A stretch of DNA of 64,000 bases from Flaccisagitta enflata (lineage: Eukaryota). The notes beneath the pieces were generated by a model. That model saw only the letters and a program-made list of their open reading frames with translations. It had not been told where the DNA came from and ran no database searches. A program made the position numbers and the translations under genes. Below, piece by piece: positions 1-16,441 of the stretch (position 1 is its first letter; each line of letters opens with the position of its first letter). Where the stretch lies: contig OZ231126.1 in NCBI GenBank assembly GCA_965153355.1, positions 21,080,001 to 21,144,000 on the forward strand, given 5' to 3'.

Positions 1-669
1 AAGGGAAGACGTGATCATAGATTATTTTCGGAGGTGAGAAGTTAGCCATTGAGTGATACGAAATGACGGAGCTAAAAATAGTGTGGTACACGTTGTCAAG
101 TTAGTTATTATCTAGTTATGGATGAGGGCTAAATTTACAGTATCTGAATTTGAAGGAGTAAATTTATACTGTTTTCTAAGAGGCTTTAGAGATGTGAAGA
201 TTTCCCGGTATGAAAGAAATCGATTTGAAACATCAATTACATCATAATTGAGTTTTTGATTGTCGAATACAAATCGTGAATTCGTTCCCTTAATCGATTT
301 CATCATCTAACAATTCAAAGTTTGTAGACTGCAGCATAACCAAGAAGAGGATATTTATGTGATTACAAACACAAATATGAACAGACATGACAGACACAAA
401 ACGTGTCAGCGCGCCCGATAGAGTGAGTGAAAAAAAAACAGATAGATTTTCTTATTCTTGTTCCCTTTTTTCCATCTTTAATCGTCAGCCAATATTAAGC
501 CGAGATGACAAATCTAAAAAAAGAAGCCCCCCAGACCAATTTTTTCCCCGACAAATGTAGATCACTGAAATGGTTTCAAGAAGAAAATGGGAAATGAAGG
601 GTGAGACTGAATAAGGGAAAAGGGAGAAAGAAAAACAGGGGAACTGTGTGTGTGTGTGTGTGTGTGCGT

Positions 670-763
<94 letters not shown>

Positions 764-1070
764 ATGAGTGCAGTTGCCAGTGTTTCTATGAGTGCGTGTG
801 TATATGTGTCAGTTTGTGTTTGTGTACCAGTGTTTGTCCGTTTGTGTCCGTGTGTGTCGGACGCTCTCCATCGCACATAAGTCGATAACGAGGCCGGGTA
901 CACGGCTACCGAAGTCGCGTGCGGGGGGACAGGGGCAGTGATGAAAAGGACTTAGATAAGCATTAGGGGAGGAGCAGCGATGAAAACGCCGAAAAAGCTA
1001 AGGGCGACCGACCAACCGACCGACCGACCGACCGACCTAGCGAAATGGAGACTGAGAAAGTATAAATAGT

Positions 1071-1241
1071 TTTTTAGTTGCGGAGACGCAACTCTATAAG
1101 AGGCTTTGTCCGTCCGTCGGTTGGTTGGTCGGTTGGTTGGTCGGTTGGTCCGTCACGCTCGAGTTGAAAAGTGGGAAAACGCGCATTTCCGCCCCTGCCC
1201 ACCCGTCCGCAACTGGTGGCCGTGTATCCGAACTTGTTTTT
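1071..1241 (+). mobile_element. HINE/DINE-1-like non-autonomous element, family A (AGTTGCG subtype)
   Basis: T-run, AGTTGCG-gaga-CGCAACT hairpin, GGTC/GGTT microsatellite, 3' TCCGCAACT complementary to the 5' end, GGCCGTGTATCCG end motif, TTGTTTT; no TSD beyond T-runs. Confidence 0.75.
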
Positions 1242-1578
1242 TCGTTCTTGGAGTTCTTCTTTAAAAAGTATTGAATCAAGTCACATCCTATCTATCATCT
1301 ATCTATCATCCGATCTTTTTAAATTCAACCAAGAACGATTCATGTGTATAAAAAAAAAAAAGAATACCTAAAAATTGGAATAAAATTGGAAGCGAGCTTA
1401 TAGAAAAAAGAAAATGTCTGTCTTTTGCTAATGTAGATGAGTGGTTGGGGTTTGAGAATTAGGGAGAGGGGTATGGGTGGGGAAACCTCGAAGGGAGGTA
1501 AAAAGAGATATGGCCCGAAGTTGAAGGCTGTTCACATGAGGTCACATCCTTCGGAAGAACATTTCCAGATTTCAAAAT

Positions 1579-1778
1579 TTTAGTCGCGTGCTACGCGACT
1601 CTACATTCCTCTTCGTCGGTCCGTCTGTCCGTCGGTCCGTCCCTCACACTTTACTTTTTTGGTTGTTTTTTTTTTCAGTCTTTGGCATCACTGCTCCTGC
1701 CCAAATGAACAAACGACCTCAAATACAGCCCCTGCCCACCCACACGCGACTGGGGTAGCCGTGTATCCGGCCTTGTTG
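1579..1778 (+). mobile_element. HINE-like family A copy (AGTCGCGTG subtype)
   Basis: TTTTAGTCGCGTG..ACGCGACT, GTCC repeats, 3' CACGCGACT then GCCGTGTATCCGGC hairpin and TTGTT. Confidence 0.75.
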
Positions 1779-1977
1779 TATATATTTTTGATTTTTTTCC
1801 CCTTTATATCTTGCCTGATCATCCATTATCCACTTTTTCTTTCCAATTCCCTTTCGTCCGTTTTCGATCTGCTATTGTCTCAACAGTTTCCTCTGTTTAT
1901 CCATGTTTATTCTTTTTCTCTCTCTTGTCTCTCTCAATCTCTGTGTCTCTCTGTTTCTCTCTATGTCTTTTTCTCTC

Positions 1978-2100
<123 letters not shown>

Positions 2101-2748
2101 CTCTGTTTCCTCTTTTTTGACGCTGTCGGTGTTTTTGACGGACTCGACGGGGGACCGGAAAGAAGAGAAAAGAAGAGAAAAGAAGATTCGACGCGCGAGT
2201 TAAATGATAAACAGAGCTTTCATGAGATAAAGCCGACCTTTTTATTTTTTAAGTGGGGAGGGGGTTCCTTTTTTCCGGGTCTGAGCTTGGGTATGAGTCA
2301 AGTGGAGAGAGAATATAGGACTGCGGTCGAGATTTCCCTTGATCCAGTCCCCCCTCCGTCAGTTTATAAAATGAAGTACTACAGTTGGGAGACCATAGAA
2401 ATAACCACAAAATATTTCAAGGGACTATAAGCTGAATGCCCTATAGGTGGGCATTCCTTTTTAAAAGCGGGGGGGGGGGCTCTAGCGGTTTTCCACTGTA
2501 TCTTTGGAATGTATAAAGATGGGTATGACAATTCTTGAAATGGTGTCGTAGGGGAGGGGGCTCGAGGAGTGCATGATGAAGCACGCACATAAACAAAGGC
2601 GGAAAACAAAACAAATGTGAATAGTGCAGTCCATAAAACTGAGGATGGCTGAAATTGTAATGAGTCTCTATGGAAACCTTTTCTTGGATGAGTAAACGCA
2701 AAAATGAAAACTTCGGGAAATGAGTTTTGGAAAAGCGGAAGATATTGA

Positions 2749-2985
2749 GGGGGCGTTTCTAGTCAGAGACAACCGCGTTTTGAACGGGCCACTCGGTCAC
2801 TCGCTTTGTTCGTTCGCTGCTCACTGCGCTCATGGCGGTACGCTCGCTCGCTCCATTCATGGGCTCGCTCCTCTCGCCGCTCACTCACCTCGTGGGATGG
2901 TTGAAATTCTTGAATATGTGTTTCACAATGTTATCACGTTTCACCTGAAGAAACACGTTTTTAGCGCTCACTAGAAACACGCCCT
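2749..2985. mobile_element. MITE with GGG..CCC termini (PIF/Harbinger-like), copy 1
   Basis: Imperfect TIR GGGGGCGTTTCTAGT / ACTAGAAACACGCCC, internal CGCT repeats; homologous copy at 35761-36372. Confidence 0.6.
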
Positions 2986-3412
2986 CCCAGAAGGCGGAAG
3001 TCATGAAGCACGAATCATTAAAAAATCATAATGACTTTCTTCGGTCGCGGAAGCCGGAAAAAAAAGAAGTTCTCATAAACGGCATAAACGCACTTTTTTT
3101 TTCTCTTTTTAACAACTCACGAATGAAAAGAAATCGTAAGATCGTAATGACTTTCTCATAAGCGACACAGACTTTTTTTTTCTTTTTTGGAAAGAAATAT
3201 TCGAGTCTCAAGTTAACAAGGCCAACACCGCTAAGTCGCGTGCGAGACTTACATAATGACTAAGAATGACTTAGAATATTCTTAAATGACTTAAAACGAC
3301 GTAAAGAAATAAAATGGACAAAAAAAAGTAAATGTGTGATGCACCGACAGACAGACCGACCGACCGACTGCCGGAAGGATGGACGGACGAAGCGTGGTGT
3401 AGAGTCGCATGC

Positions 3413-3467
<55 letters not shown>

Positions 3468-3864
3468 GACAACAGCGACAGCAACAACAACAGCAACAGC
3501 GCGCAGATGGCGATAGGAAACGCTTGTAACGCGTAGACGGAGGATGGAAACAGAAAACGTCAGCAGCTGGTCATCGACTTTTTCAATCCCTCTCCTTTGC
3601 TTTCGCTGCTGAAAAAGAATGAAGAGGAGGACAGACCAAGGCAAAAGAAAGAAAGAAAGAAAGAAAAAGAAAGAAAGAAAGAAGAAAGAAAGAAAAGAAA
3701 GAAGAAAGAAAGAAGAAAAGAAAGAAAGGAAAAAGAAAGGAAAAAGAAGTGCAACAAAGATGAAAAAAGAAAGGAAAAGAAAGGAAAAAAGAGGAAAAGA
3801 AAGGAAAAAGAAGGGAAAAGAAAGGAAAAAGAAAGGAAAGAAAGGAAGAAAGGAAAAAAGAAAG

Positions 3865-3921
<57 letters not shown>

Positions 3922-4318
3922 GAAAAGACACGCTATCAGTGACAACCGTGACGATGAGAGCAAACTTATAATGAAAAATTGACAAACATGAGACAACCTC
4001 GACATTCGTGATATTGTCATAAAAAAAGTAACGTAAACAAAAAGGAATGCGTGCACGCGACTCTACAGCCCGTCGGTCCATCGGTCCGTCAGTAACACTC
4101 TGCTTTTTTTCTTCATATAAAGTCATTTTGAGTCATAATAAGTCATTCTAGGTCATTTTAAATCATTTTACGTCATTTAATATCATTTTAAGTCATTTCA
4201 AATCATTTAAAGTCATTTAATTACTTTTGCGATTTTGTCATTTCTTGTCCTTTTTGTCATTTTATGTCATTTTTTGTTATTTTTAATCATTTCTTGTCAT
4301 GATAAGTCATTTTAAGTT

Positions 4319-6600
<2,282 letters not shown>

Positions 6601-7837
6601 AGTAATTTTTATCAATTCAGTGAATTCTGTTGATTGAGTCAATTATAAAAGATTGTATCAAGAGTCAGCCACGCGACTTACAGGTGTTGGCCTGGTTTAT
6701 CAATGCCCCTGCCCACCGGCACGTGACTTCGGTTGCCGTATATCCGGCATAAAAGCAGATTTCTTGGGTCCCGAATTTTTTTCAGCTGTCAAACCCCAAA
6801 TCACCCCGTCATCACTACCAATTCACCTGCCCCAGATCCTACCACCACGATAAATGAATACATATCACTCCTAAATTACCCCCTCATCACCACTAATTTA
6901 CGTACACACAGCCCCAGATCCCATCACCACGAAAAATAAACACCTGTCAACCTTAGATCACCAGCAATTCTCCCGGACACATCTAAAAGCCATTCCAACC
7001 GTATTCAGAAAAGATCTCTCAGATTTCTCCCTGTCACCCCTCCTTAACCAGGGTACCTAAATTGGCGGAAGAATTGATTTTTTCTTGATTCCCATGGATT
7101 CATGTCTCATTAAGTACAATCCGTTGTCAGATCAATTCTTCCGGCAATAGGAGTTGGATAAAGTTAAGGTTGAATATGTCCACAAGGAAAGGAAAAAGTA
7201 TTCATCAGCAATCATCATAACTTACATCAACAGAGCGTTTTGTTGTTCAACGAAATTGATGCACAAAATGGTTGATCAACACTTCTCCACTATTTCCATA
7301 GCACCATGATTCACAATCATCAAGAACCATTTGTAATCAAAGACTACAAACTGTCCAAAGAATTTTCTGGTAGATAATTTTTCGATCCATAAAATGAAGA
7401 TTATTGCAATAGAGAATCTCAAATTTGCTCGGTAAAAAATGTTGGTACCCAAAAAAAGTCTTTTACACATCTAAGGCTACGTTCGTCGTCTGCTCCTTAA
7501 CCGCACTCCCTTTTAGATTTAGGCGACTTTAAAGGCCTGCTGTTGAGGACCGGTTGCCTTTAAAACATTGTCGAACATGTGGTAAAGATGGACGAAATGG
7601 AAACCTACTGCTGGCGTGATGAATTTTTTTTTAATCCAGTGGCAAGAAACAGTGAGAAAAGCTTGAATTTTATAGAGAACCACAATTGAAATTCTTGACT
7701 CATAAAATGATCATCAGCTCAATGGCTCCCATTTTTAAGTAGCGCAAGTAAGCAATCATAAAAAAAAAGAGGCGCATTTCTTCTTTTAGCCATATAGAAA
7801 TTGGGCGAAAAATTGATATGCTACAATATGCAAATTA

Positions 7838-7928
<91 letters not shown>

Positions 7929-8192
7929 ATATACATCACAAATTTACGAGGATCCTTTTCAGTCAACTAGTGACCCTGATGTGCTGGTTTCTCGAGTCCA
8001 CTTTGTAAGCTTAGAATATGGATGCTCAATCCTGATGCGACGGCAAACTACAATTGCCTGTCTGGGGATCGGCAACCAGTCGGAACACTCGGTGAATTTA
8101 CCATCATCCCAGCTGAGCTTTCGCCGTCAAACAAATCACCAAGGGGCTTTTTTCTAGTCGCGGACACGCCTTAACGTGTGGGTCTGCCCGTC

Positions 8193-8193
<1 letters not shown>

Positions 8194-8285
<92 letters not shown>

Positions 8286-8327
8286 GGTTTTTGTTGATGT
8301 TGTTGTTGTTGTTGTGGTTTTTGTTGA

Positions 8328-8385
<58 letters not shown>

Positions 8386-8472
8386 ATTGTTGTTGTTGTT
8401 GTTGTTGTTGTTGTTATTGTTGTTGTTGTTGTTGTTACGTATTGTTGCTGTTGTGAAAGTTAGTTCTGATGA

Positions 8473-8514
<42 letters not shown>

Positions 8515-8522
8515 ATTTGTTG

Positions 8523-8589
<67 letters not shown>

Positions 8590-8699
8590 CTTGTTGTTGA
8601 TGATGATGTTGAATTTGATGATGATGATGCATATGTTATGTAGTTATTGTTATTGCAATTGTTATCGTTATGAAAGTTAGTTCTGAGGTTGTTGTTGTT

Positions 8700-8767
<68 letters not shown>

Positions 8768-8842
8768 AGTAGTTGTTCTTGTTATTGTTGTGTATAGTCA
8801 GAGGGTTAAGGCAGACATGCTGAAGATGATGATGTCGATGAC

Positions 8843-8918
<76 letters not shown>
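8194..8918. repeat. Compound (GTT)n/(GAT)n microsatellite
   Basis: Direct reading; source of the poly-V/L/M ORFs. Confidence 0.95.
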
Positions 8919-8920
<2 letters not shown>

Positions 8921-10555
8921 AAGGATCACTTATGAAGGTCTATGTGATAACTTCGCGACCCAAGCTTCAACTTCGCTAACAATAACGCTTTCTGAAGTTG
9001 GCAGAAACATGACGCCTAAAAGCGATGTTACACCAAATTAAGGAACAGCGGTACTGTTGAATGGTTATCTGTAATCTTTTGTTTTTCAGACTTTTTAAGC
9101 GGGTTTTTGAATTAGGGTTAGGGGTGAGGTTAGGGTTAGGGTTAGGGTTGGGGATACTTTTAGGGTTAGGGCGAGGGACATGGTTAGCGTTAGGGCTAAG
9201 GGTTGGCTGGGTTTTAAGCATTACGGCCCGAAGCTACTTGAATTAAAGCTTCGCTCTGGCGGAGGATTCGGAAACAAAAACAAAATCGTGCAAAAAAACA
9301 TACAAAATCGCCGGAACAGCCAATTGGTCTTTTGCTGTCTCCGTTTATGACGTCAGGTGGGACCTTGCAGTGGTTGTGAAATGGTATAGCTCATAGGTAC
9401 CTGGTTACAATTGTCCACCGTAGACGAGCCCTTTTCTTCCTCTCAGATGTCATTGATCTAGTAACCCGCACACCAAAATCGTTGTTCACCTGGAACCAGA
9501 AAAAAATAAAAGAACACTCATTGGCAAATAGTTCTGGCGTTTGTGGATAGAGTCCTCTTTCAAGCAACGTTTGATCTTTTGTTCTCAGAGGTGATTCAGT
9601 TGCGTGGATGCGGCAGCAGTAGCACAGAGTTTCATCCAAGTATCGCAACTGCTGTATTTTTGCAGCCGCTGCTCTTATCCATGACCGCAGCTTCATTGAA
9701 ACTAATTGCAGCTGTGTATTCTTGCTGAGTAACTTTGTACAGCTGAACCCCGCTCCAGTGTATCCGCCGGTAATGGTATGTTTTTATCCCACATTGCCAG
9801 TAACAAACTTTTGCTTATAAAAGATGTTTTTTAGTATTTTTAAATCTTTCACTATCCTGAATGAAAAACTTTTATTTTTGAGTGAATTGGGTTCTGGACC
9901 ATGCAAACTCATAAACTCAGAATCATAAACTCAGAATTTGGAAACATCAAAGGACTTTGAGTCAAATTGCCTCAAATAAATCTTGCAGAGTATCTGATCT
10001 AAGTGAAGCTCTCTCAGCCCTTAAATCATTCCCTTCAAACTGGCAGCTGCCCCAAAGTAGACAAAGTCCTGTAGAACACAGGAGGATTTTTGTTTGTTCA
10101 TCCATTCATCTGTTTGTTTCTTCATTTGTTCCCCCCTCCATTAAGCCTCTTAAGCCTCAAATCAGACCTTTTACGCCTCAAACCAGGCCTCTTAGGCATC
10201 AAACCAGGCCTCTCAGATATCAGATTAGACCTCTCAGGCCTCAAATTAGGCCTCTCAGGCCTCAAATCAGGCCTATTAGGCTTTAGCCCTCTCAGGCCTC
10301 CAATAAGACCTTTCAAGCCACAAAACAGCCCTGTAAGGCCTCCATTGGGCTCTCTCAGGCTTTGCTTATCCATTTTGGGTTATTGCAGGGTTCTACTGTA
10401 TTTTGTTATAGACAGCGGTCTGTAGATTCAACATATAAAATAAAAGAAATTTTTCTAAGAAACTAAATCATAGATACACCCTGTTGTAACACACCCAAGA
10501 GTAACAGAAATCTGCCTTTAATGAATATGAAATCCTAGTCTTGTGAGGTTGGTCC

Positions 10556-11237
10556 TTTTTGGGCAGCGGCCCCGAAGGGGCCGATGACCTATGCTTTCAC
10601 ACAGGAGAAATTTCTCCATCTTCTCCTCCTCTGCTTATCCTTCTCGTCCCCCTTGAAGACCCGTCCTAGTCTCGAGGCCTAATCCTAGTCTCAGGCCCAG
10701 TCTGCCTTGGGGCTCAAATCCAACCTCAAGCTCAAATCCAGCCTCCGCTCAGATCCAGCCTCAAAGCTCAAATCCCAGCCTCAAAGCTCAAATCCCAGCC
10801 TCGAGGCTCAAATCTCAGCCTTGAGGCTCAATCCCAGCCTCGAGACAAACCCAGCCTCAAAGCTCAAATCCCATCCGGGCTCAATCCCAGTCTGTTGAGC
10901 TCAACTCCCAGCCTCAAGGCTCAAATTCCATCCTTAAGGCCCAAATCCCAGCCTCAAGGCCCAAATCCTAGCCTCAAGGCTCAAATCCCAGCTTTGAGGC
11001 TCAAATCCCAGCCTTGTGGCTCAAATATCAGCTCAAGGCTCTAAATTCAGCTCCTAGGCTCAAATCCCAGCCGCAAGGCTCATATCCCAGCCTCCAGGCC
11101 CTTATTCCAGCCTTAAAGCTCAAATAAAAACAGCATAGGTCATCGGCCGCTGCCCCTCTAACCACCTCACACCAACATACACTCACATAGGGGCAACGGG
11201 TACCGCTGACCATCTAACGCTTTTGCGACTATTATTT
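10556..11237 (+). mobile_element. HINE-like family C carrying a 20-bp array (GGCTCAAATCCCAGCCTCAA)
   Basis: TTTTT-GGGCAGCGGCC..GATGACCTATGC arm, 20-bp array, inverted arm GCATAGGTCATC..GGCCGCTGCCC, 3' CCGCTGACC plus CGCTTTTGCG hairpin; similar copies at ~12985-13512, ~31340-32100, ~62345-63170. Confidence 0.7.
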
Positions 11238-11297
11238 CTTTTATCGGCAATAGCAAAAATCAGCCTATAACTGCTGTCTATCCAGCCGTGTAGAGTA

Positions 11298-11921
11298 CGA
11301 TGGGAGCAAAGACGACCTGGACTGAAGGAGAGATTTTAAGTACCTTGATTTTGTTCAAATATTTGATCTTTAAAATGTTTAAAATGTTCATTAATTAAAG
11401 GTTGCTCTTTTGATTATATATCTCTGCATCTCTTAAACATTAACTTGTGACTTCACTTCATCAAGACTTTTTTTTTTTAACGCTCTAACCTATTTCATTG
11501 GATTTAGCAGAAAATTTTACATGGTTAATTTTGTAGAACCAGCTCAATTGGACCATTTCAACGTTTTTTCTTTTTTTTTTCTTTTGTTATTTCAAGATTT
11601 GCTAAAATGTTCTTTTAACATAATCTCTATTTTGAAAGTAGATGTAAAACTTTTAAAATTAGTCTGATTAAGCTAATTAATTTCTGAAACCATGTACAAT
11701 TATACGCTACCTATCATGTTTGGTTATTACTTTTAAAAATGAAGTCTTGATGAAGACAAGTCACAAGTTGAAGATTGGGAGAAGAGAAAAGAGCACTCAC
11801 TCAAAAGAGCAACCGTTAATTAACATAGATCGTAAATGTTTTATAGATCAATAAATCAAATGAAATTAAGATACCTAAAATCCATCCCCAGGCCCAGTCT
11901 GGGTCATCTTTGCTCCCAACG
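11298..11921. mobile_element. TA-flanked fold-back MITE (Tc1/mariner-type target site)
   Basis: TA-CGATGGGAGCAAAGACGACCTGGACTG / CAGTCTGGGTCATCTTTGCTCCCAACG-TA; further internal inverted blocks (GGTTGCTCTTT/AAAGAGCAACC, CTTCATCAAGACTT/AAGTCTTGATGAAG). Confidence 0.8.
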
Positions 11922-12744
11922 TATTGTGTCCGGCCATGTTTCCTGAGTAAGGAGAAAATCTCTCTCCTCATTCAGTGTTCCCCTCTCTCTTGGTTTAATC
12001 ACACATGAATGTTCAGATTTAACATAATCTGGGGACAAGTAACGCTAAAGAACGATATCCTCGTGGGGGAGGGGGGCAGCGGCCTTTTTCGCGTTTTTTA
12101 TACTTTTCGACTGGATAATTACGGATGGACAGACCAACGGACGCACCAGTGGAGGAGTCCGCGACTAAAAAGATAATCGAACACACTTTTTAGTTGCTTG
12201 ATAAAAAAGTTCGACTTTTTGAGAGGTAGAGGAGAAATAAAGTCATCCATTTTCAATCTGTGGCAATTTTAGATAGTTGTGCCCTTTTGGGACTGGGAGT
12301 TTACATGTTTTGATATTCACAGCTAAAAGAACTAATTTTTGGTCGCATGCTACTCGACTCTATAACCCACTTTTCAGTCGGTCCGTCGGTCGGTCCATCC
12401 GTCACAAAAAGGTTTTAAAGGCTTTTTATTGCGTGTTTTATGTCTCTGAATGGTAGAAAAGAGACATTGAGAAGTAAACAGCGATTTCGAATATCTTTTT
12501 GAAAAAAATTTATTTGTCAGTCTGTCTGCCTGACTTTTCTGAAAGTGCCGACGCACGCGACTTAGGTCTAATGACCTTGTTTACTTTCAGATGGCTCCAA
12601 CCAGAGATCTATATGATGAAATGCAGTGAAGCAGCATGTATTTAAGAGGGTTTTTGAATTAATAGAAGTGAAAATAAGAAGAGCAAGTAAAATCAAGCTA
12701 TATCATAATAACTAGGCGGAAACAGGCATACAAAGCATTCGCTT

Positions 12745-12984
<240 letters not shown>

Positions 12985-13771
12985 CACGGCCCCGCACAGG
13001 CCAGGCCACATGCTTTCACACACACAGAACATTTCTCCTTCTCCTTTTTCCCTGCCACTCCACCTACCACCCCCAGCTTTCAGCCTTGGGACCCAAATCC
13101 CAGCCTCAAGGCCTCCTAACCCTTGAAACCCAAATCAAGCCTCGTTGCCCAAATCTCAGATAGAGGCCCAAATCCCAGCCTCGAGGCCCAAATCCCAGCC
13201 TCAAGGCCCAAATCCCAGCCTCAAGGCCCAAATCCCAGCCTCAAGGCCCAAATCCCAGCCTTGAGGCTCAAATTCCAACCTTGAGGCTCAAATCCCAGTC
13301 TCGAGGCTCAAATCTCAGCCACAAGGCTCAAATCCCTGCCTCTATGCTCAAATCCCAGCTTCAAGGCCCCAATTCCAGCCTCCAGGCTCAAATAAACACA
13401 GCATAGGTCATCGGCTCCTTCGGGGCCGCTGCCCCTCTCACCATCTCACACCCTCATACACTCACTTAGGGGCAACGGGTACCGCTGACCATCTAACGCT
13501 TTTGCGACTATTAAGCCCTTCCACGTCTCAAATTGCCTCAAATAAGTCTTCCGGAGTATCTGACCAAAACAAAGCTCTCTCAGCCCTTAAATCATTCCTC
13601 TCTAACTGGCACGGCTCCGAAGGGGTCGAAGTCCTGCAGTATACAGGGTTGTTTGTTCGTTCTTCCGTTTGTCCCTTTGTTTGTCACAAACAATGAGCTT
13701 ATGGACAAGTTACACGGGATTATAATATCGTTGCAGACGGGTGGGCAAAGGTATCTAACCCCCATCCACAC

Positions 13772-14069
13772 TAGGGTGGTCCGGAATTGGGTCAAATTTC
13801 ATATATTGATATACTTGAGCCCTTTGCACAAATGTCCAATAAAAGAAGGATTTCTCACAAGCTGGGGTGTGAAACCAAACAAGAAACCTTGTTAGCAAAA
13901 CTAAAGGCTTGCTATGGGGATTTTTTATGAAGCCTATAGTTTTGCTGCCATGGTTTAATCTTCAAATTTAGACCTCTACTTGTGGGAAAACCTTTTTATT
14001 TGGTATATTTATGCAAAAAACTTGAGTATATCATTTTTTGAAATTTGACCCTATTTCGTGACCACCCTA
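13772..14069. mobile_element. hAT-like MITE inserted in a family-A element
   Basis: Imperfect ~29-bp TIR TAGGGTGGTC..GGGTCAAATTTC; 8-bp TSD ATCCACAC at 13764-13771 and 14070-14077; host element spans ~13700-14283 on the minus strand. Confidence 0.85.
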
Positions 14070-14394
14070 ATCCACACCCAAAGTCCCCCACCCATATGCA
14101 CAAAAAACATCTATAACGCTCGTTTTAGCACTTTTCGACTCGTGTTCATGGACGGAGGGACGGAGGGGCGGACACGGGTGGAGGGGCGGACGAACGGACG
14201 GACTGACGGACGGACCAATTGATCGACATACGGACTTACGGACGGACAAAGCCTCTTATAGCGTTGCTTGTTCGCAACTAAAGATAGAATATCAGTTATC
14301 TAGTCAGTTCGTGATTAATAGCGTAGCCGCGTACTCAATGTACGATTGGAATGTCCGGCGGTCGCATAAAGCTTGACCTCGATTCTATCCTCTA

Positions 14395-15004
14395 ACAGGG
14401 TGAGCAAAAAATTTTGCACAAACATATGGGTATAGAATCAGCACTTCTAGGTGCCCTGATAAGATGAAATTTGAACCATAACCCCACAATTAGTCCTACT
14501 GGACGGTAGTATGGGCCGTCATTCACTTTTCCAATTTCTGTTTCCATTGGGAGGCATCAAAGTTAAACCGCACAGTCAGATTTTGCATGAATTTTACCGG
14601 CCAAATTTAGAGAGATGGAAACTTTACTCAGTCTAGTGTTTTTCTCAGTCCAGTGTTTTTCCCCTGCAAGTCATTGTCATACACAACATGTAACCTTGAT
14701 GTCAGAAGGTCATAACAATTGATAATTGGGTCAAGGGGCTAAGATATATCTCACAAAATGAAAAAAATAATCATACCACTTCATAAAGGGACCAGTCAAA
14801 ATCATGGCACATAGATAGTATTTGACCATGATAATAATTCATTTTCTAGACCATATATATAGCCTATAGTCAATTGTATTGGTTCATTAGTATTCTTGAT
14901 TATCAAAATTAAGTATTCAGTTCATATTATGATGGTATTTGCTCTACATTGCATTATTTTTCATTACTTTATCAGAGTTGTGCAAAATTTTTTGCTCATC
15001 CTGT
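14395..15004. mobile_element. Tc1/mariner-like MITE
   Basis: TA-ACAGGGTGAGCAAAAAATTTTGCACA / TGTGCAAAATTTTTTGCTCATCCTGT-TA. Confidence 0.8.
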
Positions 15005-15068
15005 TAAGGGAATGTTTTCTCATCAGTGTTACCCTTGGGTGATTTGTTGAATTTTGGTTTAAAAGTAT

Positions 15069-15448
15069 CGGGTGTTCAAATAAAAATTGTAGAGGTTTTC
15101 CATTGAATACGCCCACTATGAAGCACATAGAGACGCAAACAAGGTACCATTTGATAGAAGTCAATTTGTTTTACATTGTTGTATATGATATTTTGTTTTT
15201 TCATTAAAGATTTTCAAGTTAATCAAGGTAAAAAACTTCCCCAAATCAAACTTTCAGCAAAAACCAAGCAAAAGCAGCTGTTTCCCTATTAAATGCTCCT
15301 CTTTAAGCTTTGAAAAAAAAACATTTAGACACCAGCTAACGCAAAAATCTTTTAAAATTATACTCTGGGAACAAAGATCCAGACACCTGAAAAAATTGCA
15401 CATTTCTAGCTGTTCTTGTAACAGAGTCAATTTTTTTTCAAACACCTG
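15069..15448. mobile_element. Degenerate Tc1/mariner-like MITE
   Basis: CGGGTGTTCAAATAAAAATTG / CAATTTTTTTTCAAACACCTG imperfect TIR. Confidence 0.55.
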
Positions 15449-15893
15449 TTAACAATCATTGCCCGAACTACTTTTGGTAAGCAGTTAGCTTTTGGGTTAG
15501 TTTGAGAACGAATGTTTTTCAGATTCTATTTTGAGGAAAACTAGGAGTGGTGCGCGTATTAATTAGTCAGTGAGGGTTCACAATGCCCTCTTCCATTTAT
15601 TTCAGTTTGGGTATGGTATATTGTTTCACTTTTCATACTCTATCCTCCTTTGCTGTCGGCTACTTGTAGTTTAACTATCTTAGCTACCAGGTAGCTAAAT
15701 TTAGCTAAGACAGAGGGCTGCTTAGCCAACAAAAAAAAGGCGTTTAGCTACCAGCTACTAATTTAGATACTTTTGACGATTTCCTTTCGATGCTTGAGCA
15801 ATGAGCATCTATTTAGCTACTTGAGACTGATGTTTTTGCTACGAAAAAACTTTGCCATAAGAGGGAAAATCTCTCTCTGTCTCTGTCTCTATC

Positions 15894-15998
<105 letters not shown>

Positions 15999-16441
15999 CC
16001 TTTTGTTTTTGTGTTCGGTTTCAATTCCGAGTTTTTTCGCAGTGCCGCGTTTTGTCTATAAGATATCGTCGTTCAGCCTGTGCAACCGTCCGTGTATCAG
16101 TTTGTCAGCATCGAGTTTTGACTTACTACTCTCAAGGGGCTGGCCAACACCACCTATACATTAGAGCCCAGTTAGTTGTGTTTTTAGTCGCGTACGACGC
16201 GACTCTACACCCCGCTAATTTGGTTGGTCCGTCGGTCCATCCATCCATCTGTCCATCAGTCCGTCAGTTCATTGGTCCATCGGTCCATCCGTTTGTCCAT
16301 CCATCCAACTGTCTGTCCATCCGTCTGTCTATCACACTTTACTTTTGTTTGTCATTTTGAGTCATTCTAAGTCAAACTAAGTCATTCTAAGTCATTCTAA
16401 GTCATTTCAAGTCATACTAGTAATGGCGGCTGTCGCCGTAA

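Noticed and set aside
7090..7670. Protein-looking + frame (MDSCLIKYNPLSDQFF..)
   Set aside because: About seven stops plus a frameshift, close to what random AT-rich DNA gives; no recognisable motif
9391..9696. 101-aa minus-strand ORF with an internal acceptor-like TTCCAG
   Set aside because: No recognisable homology, weak donor site and no partner exons
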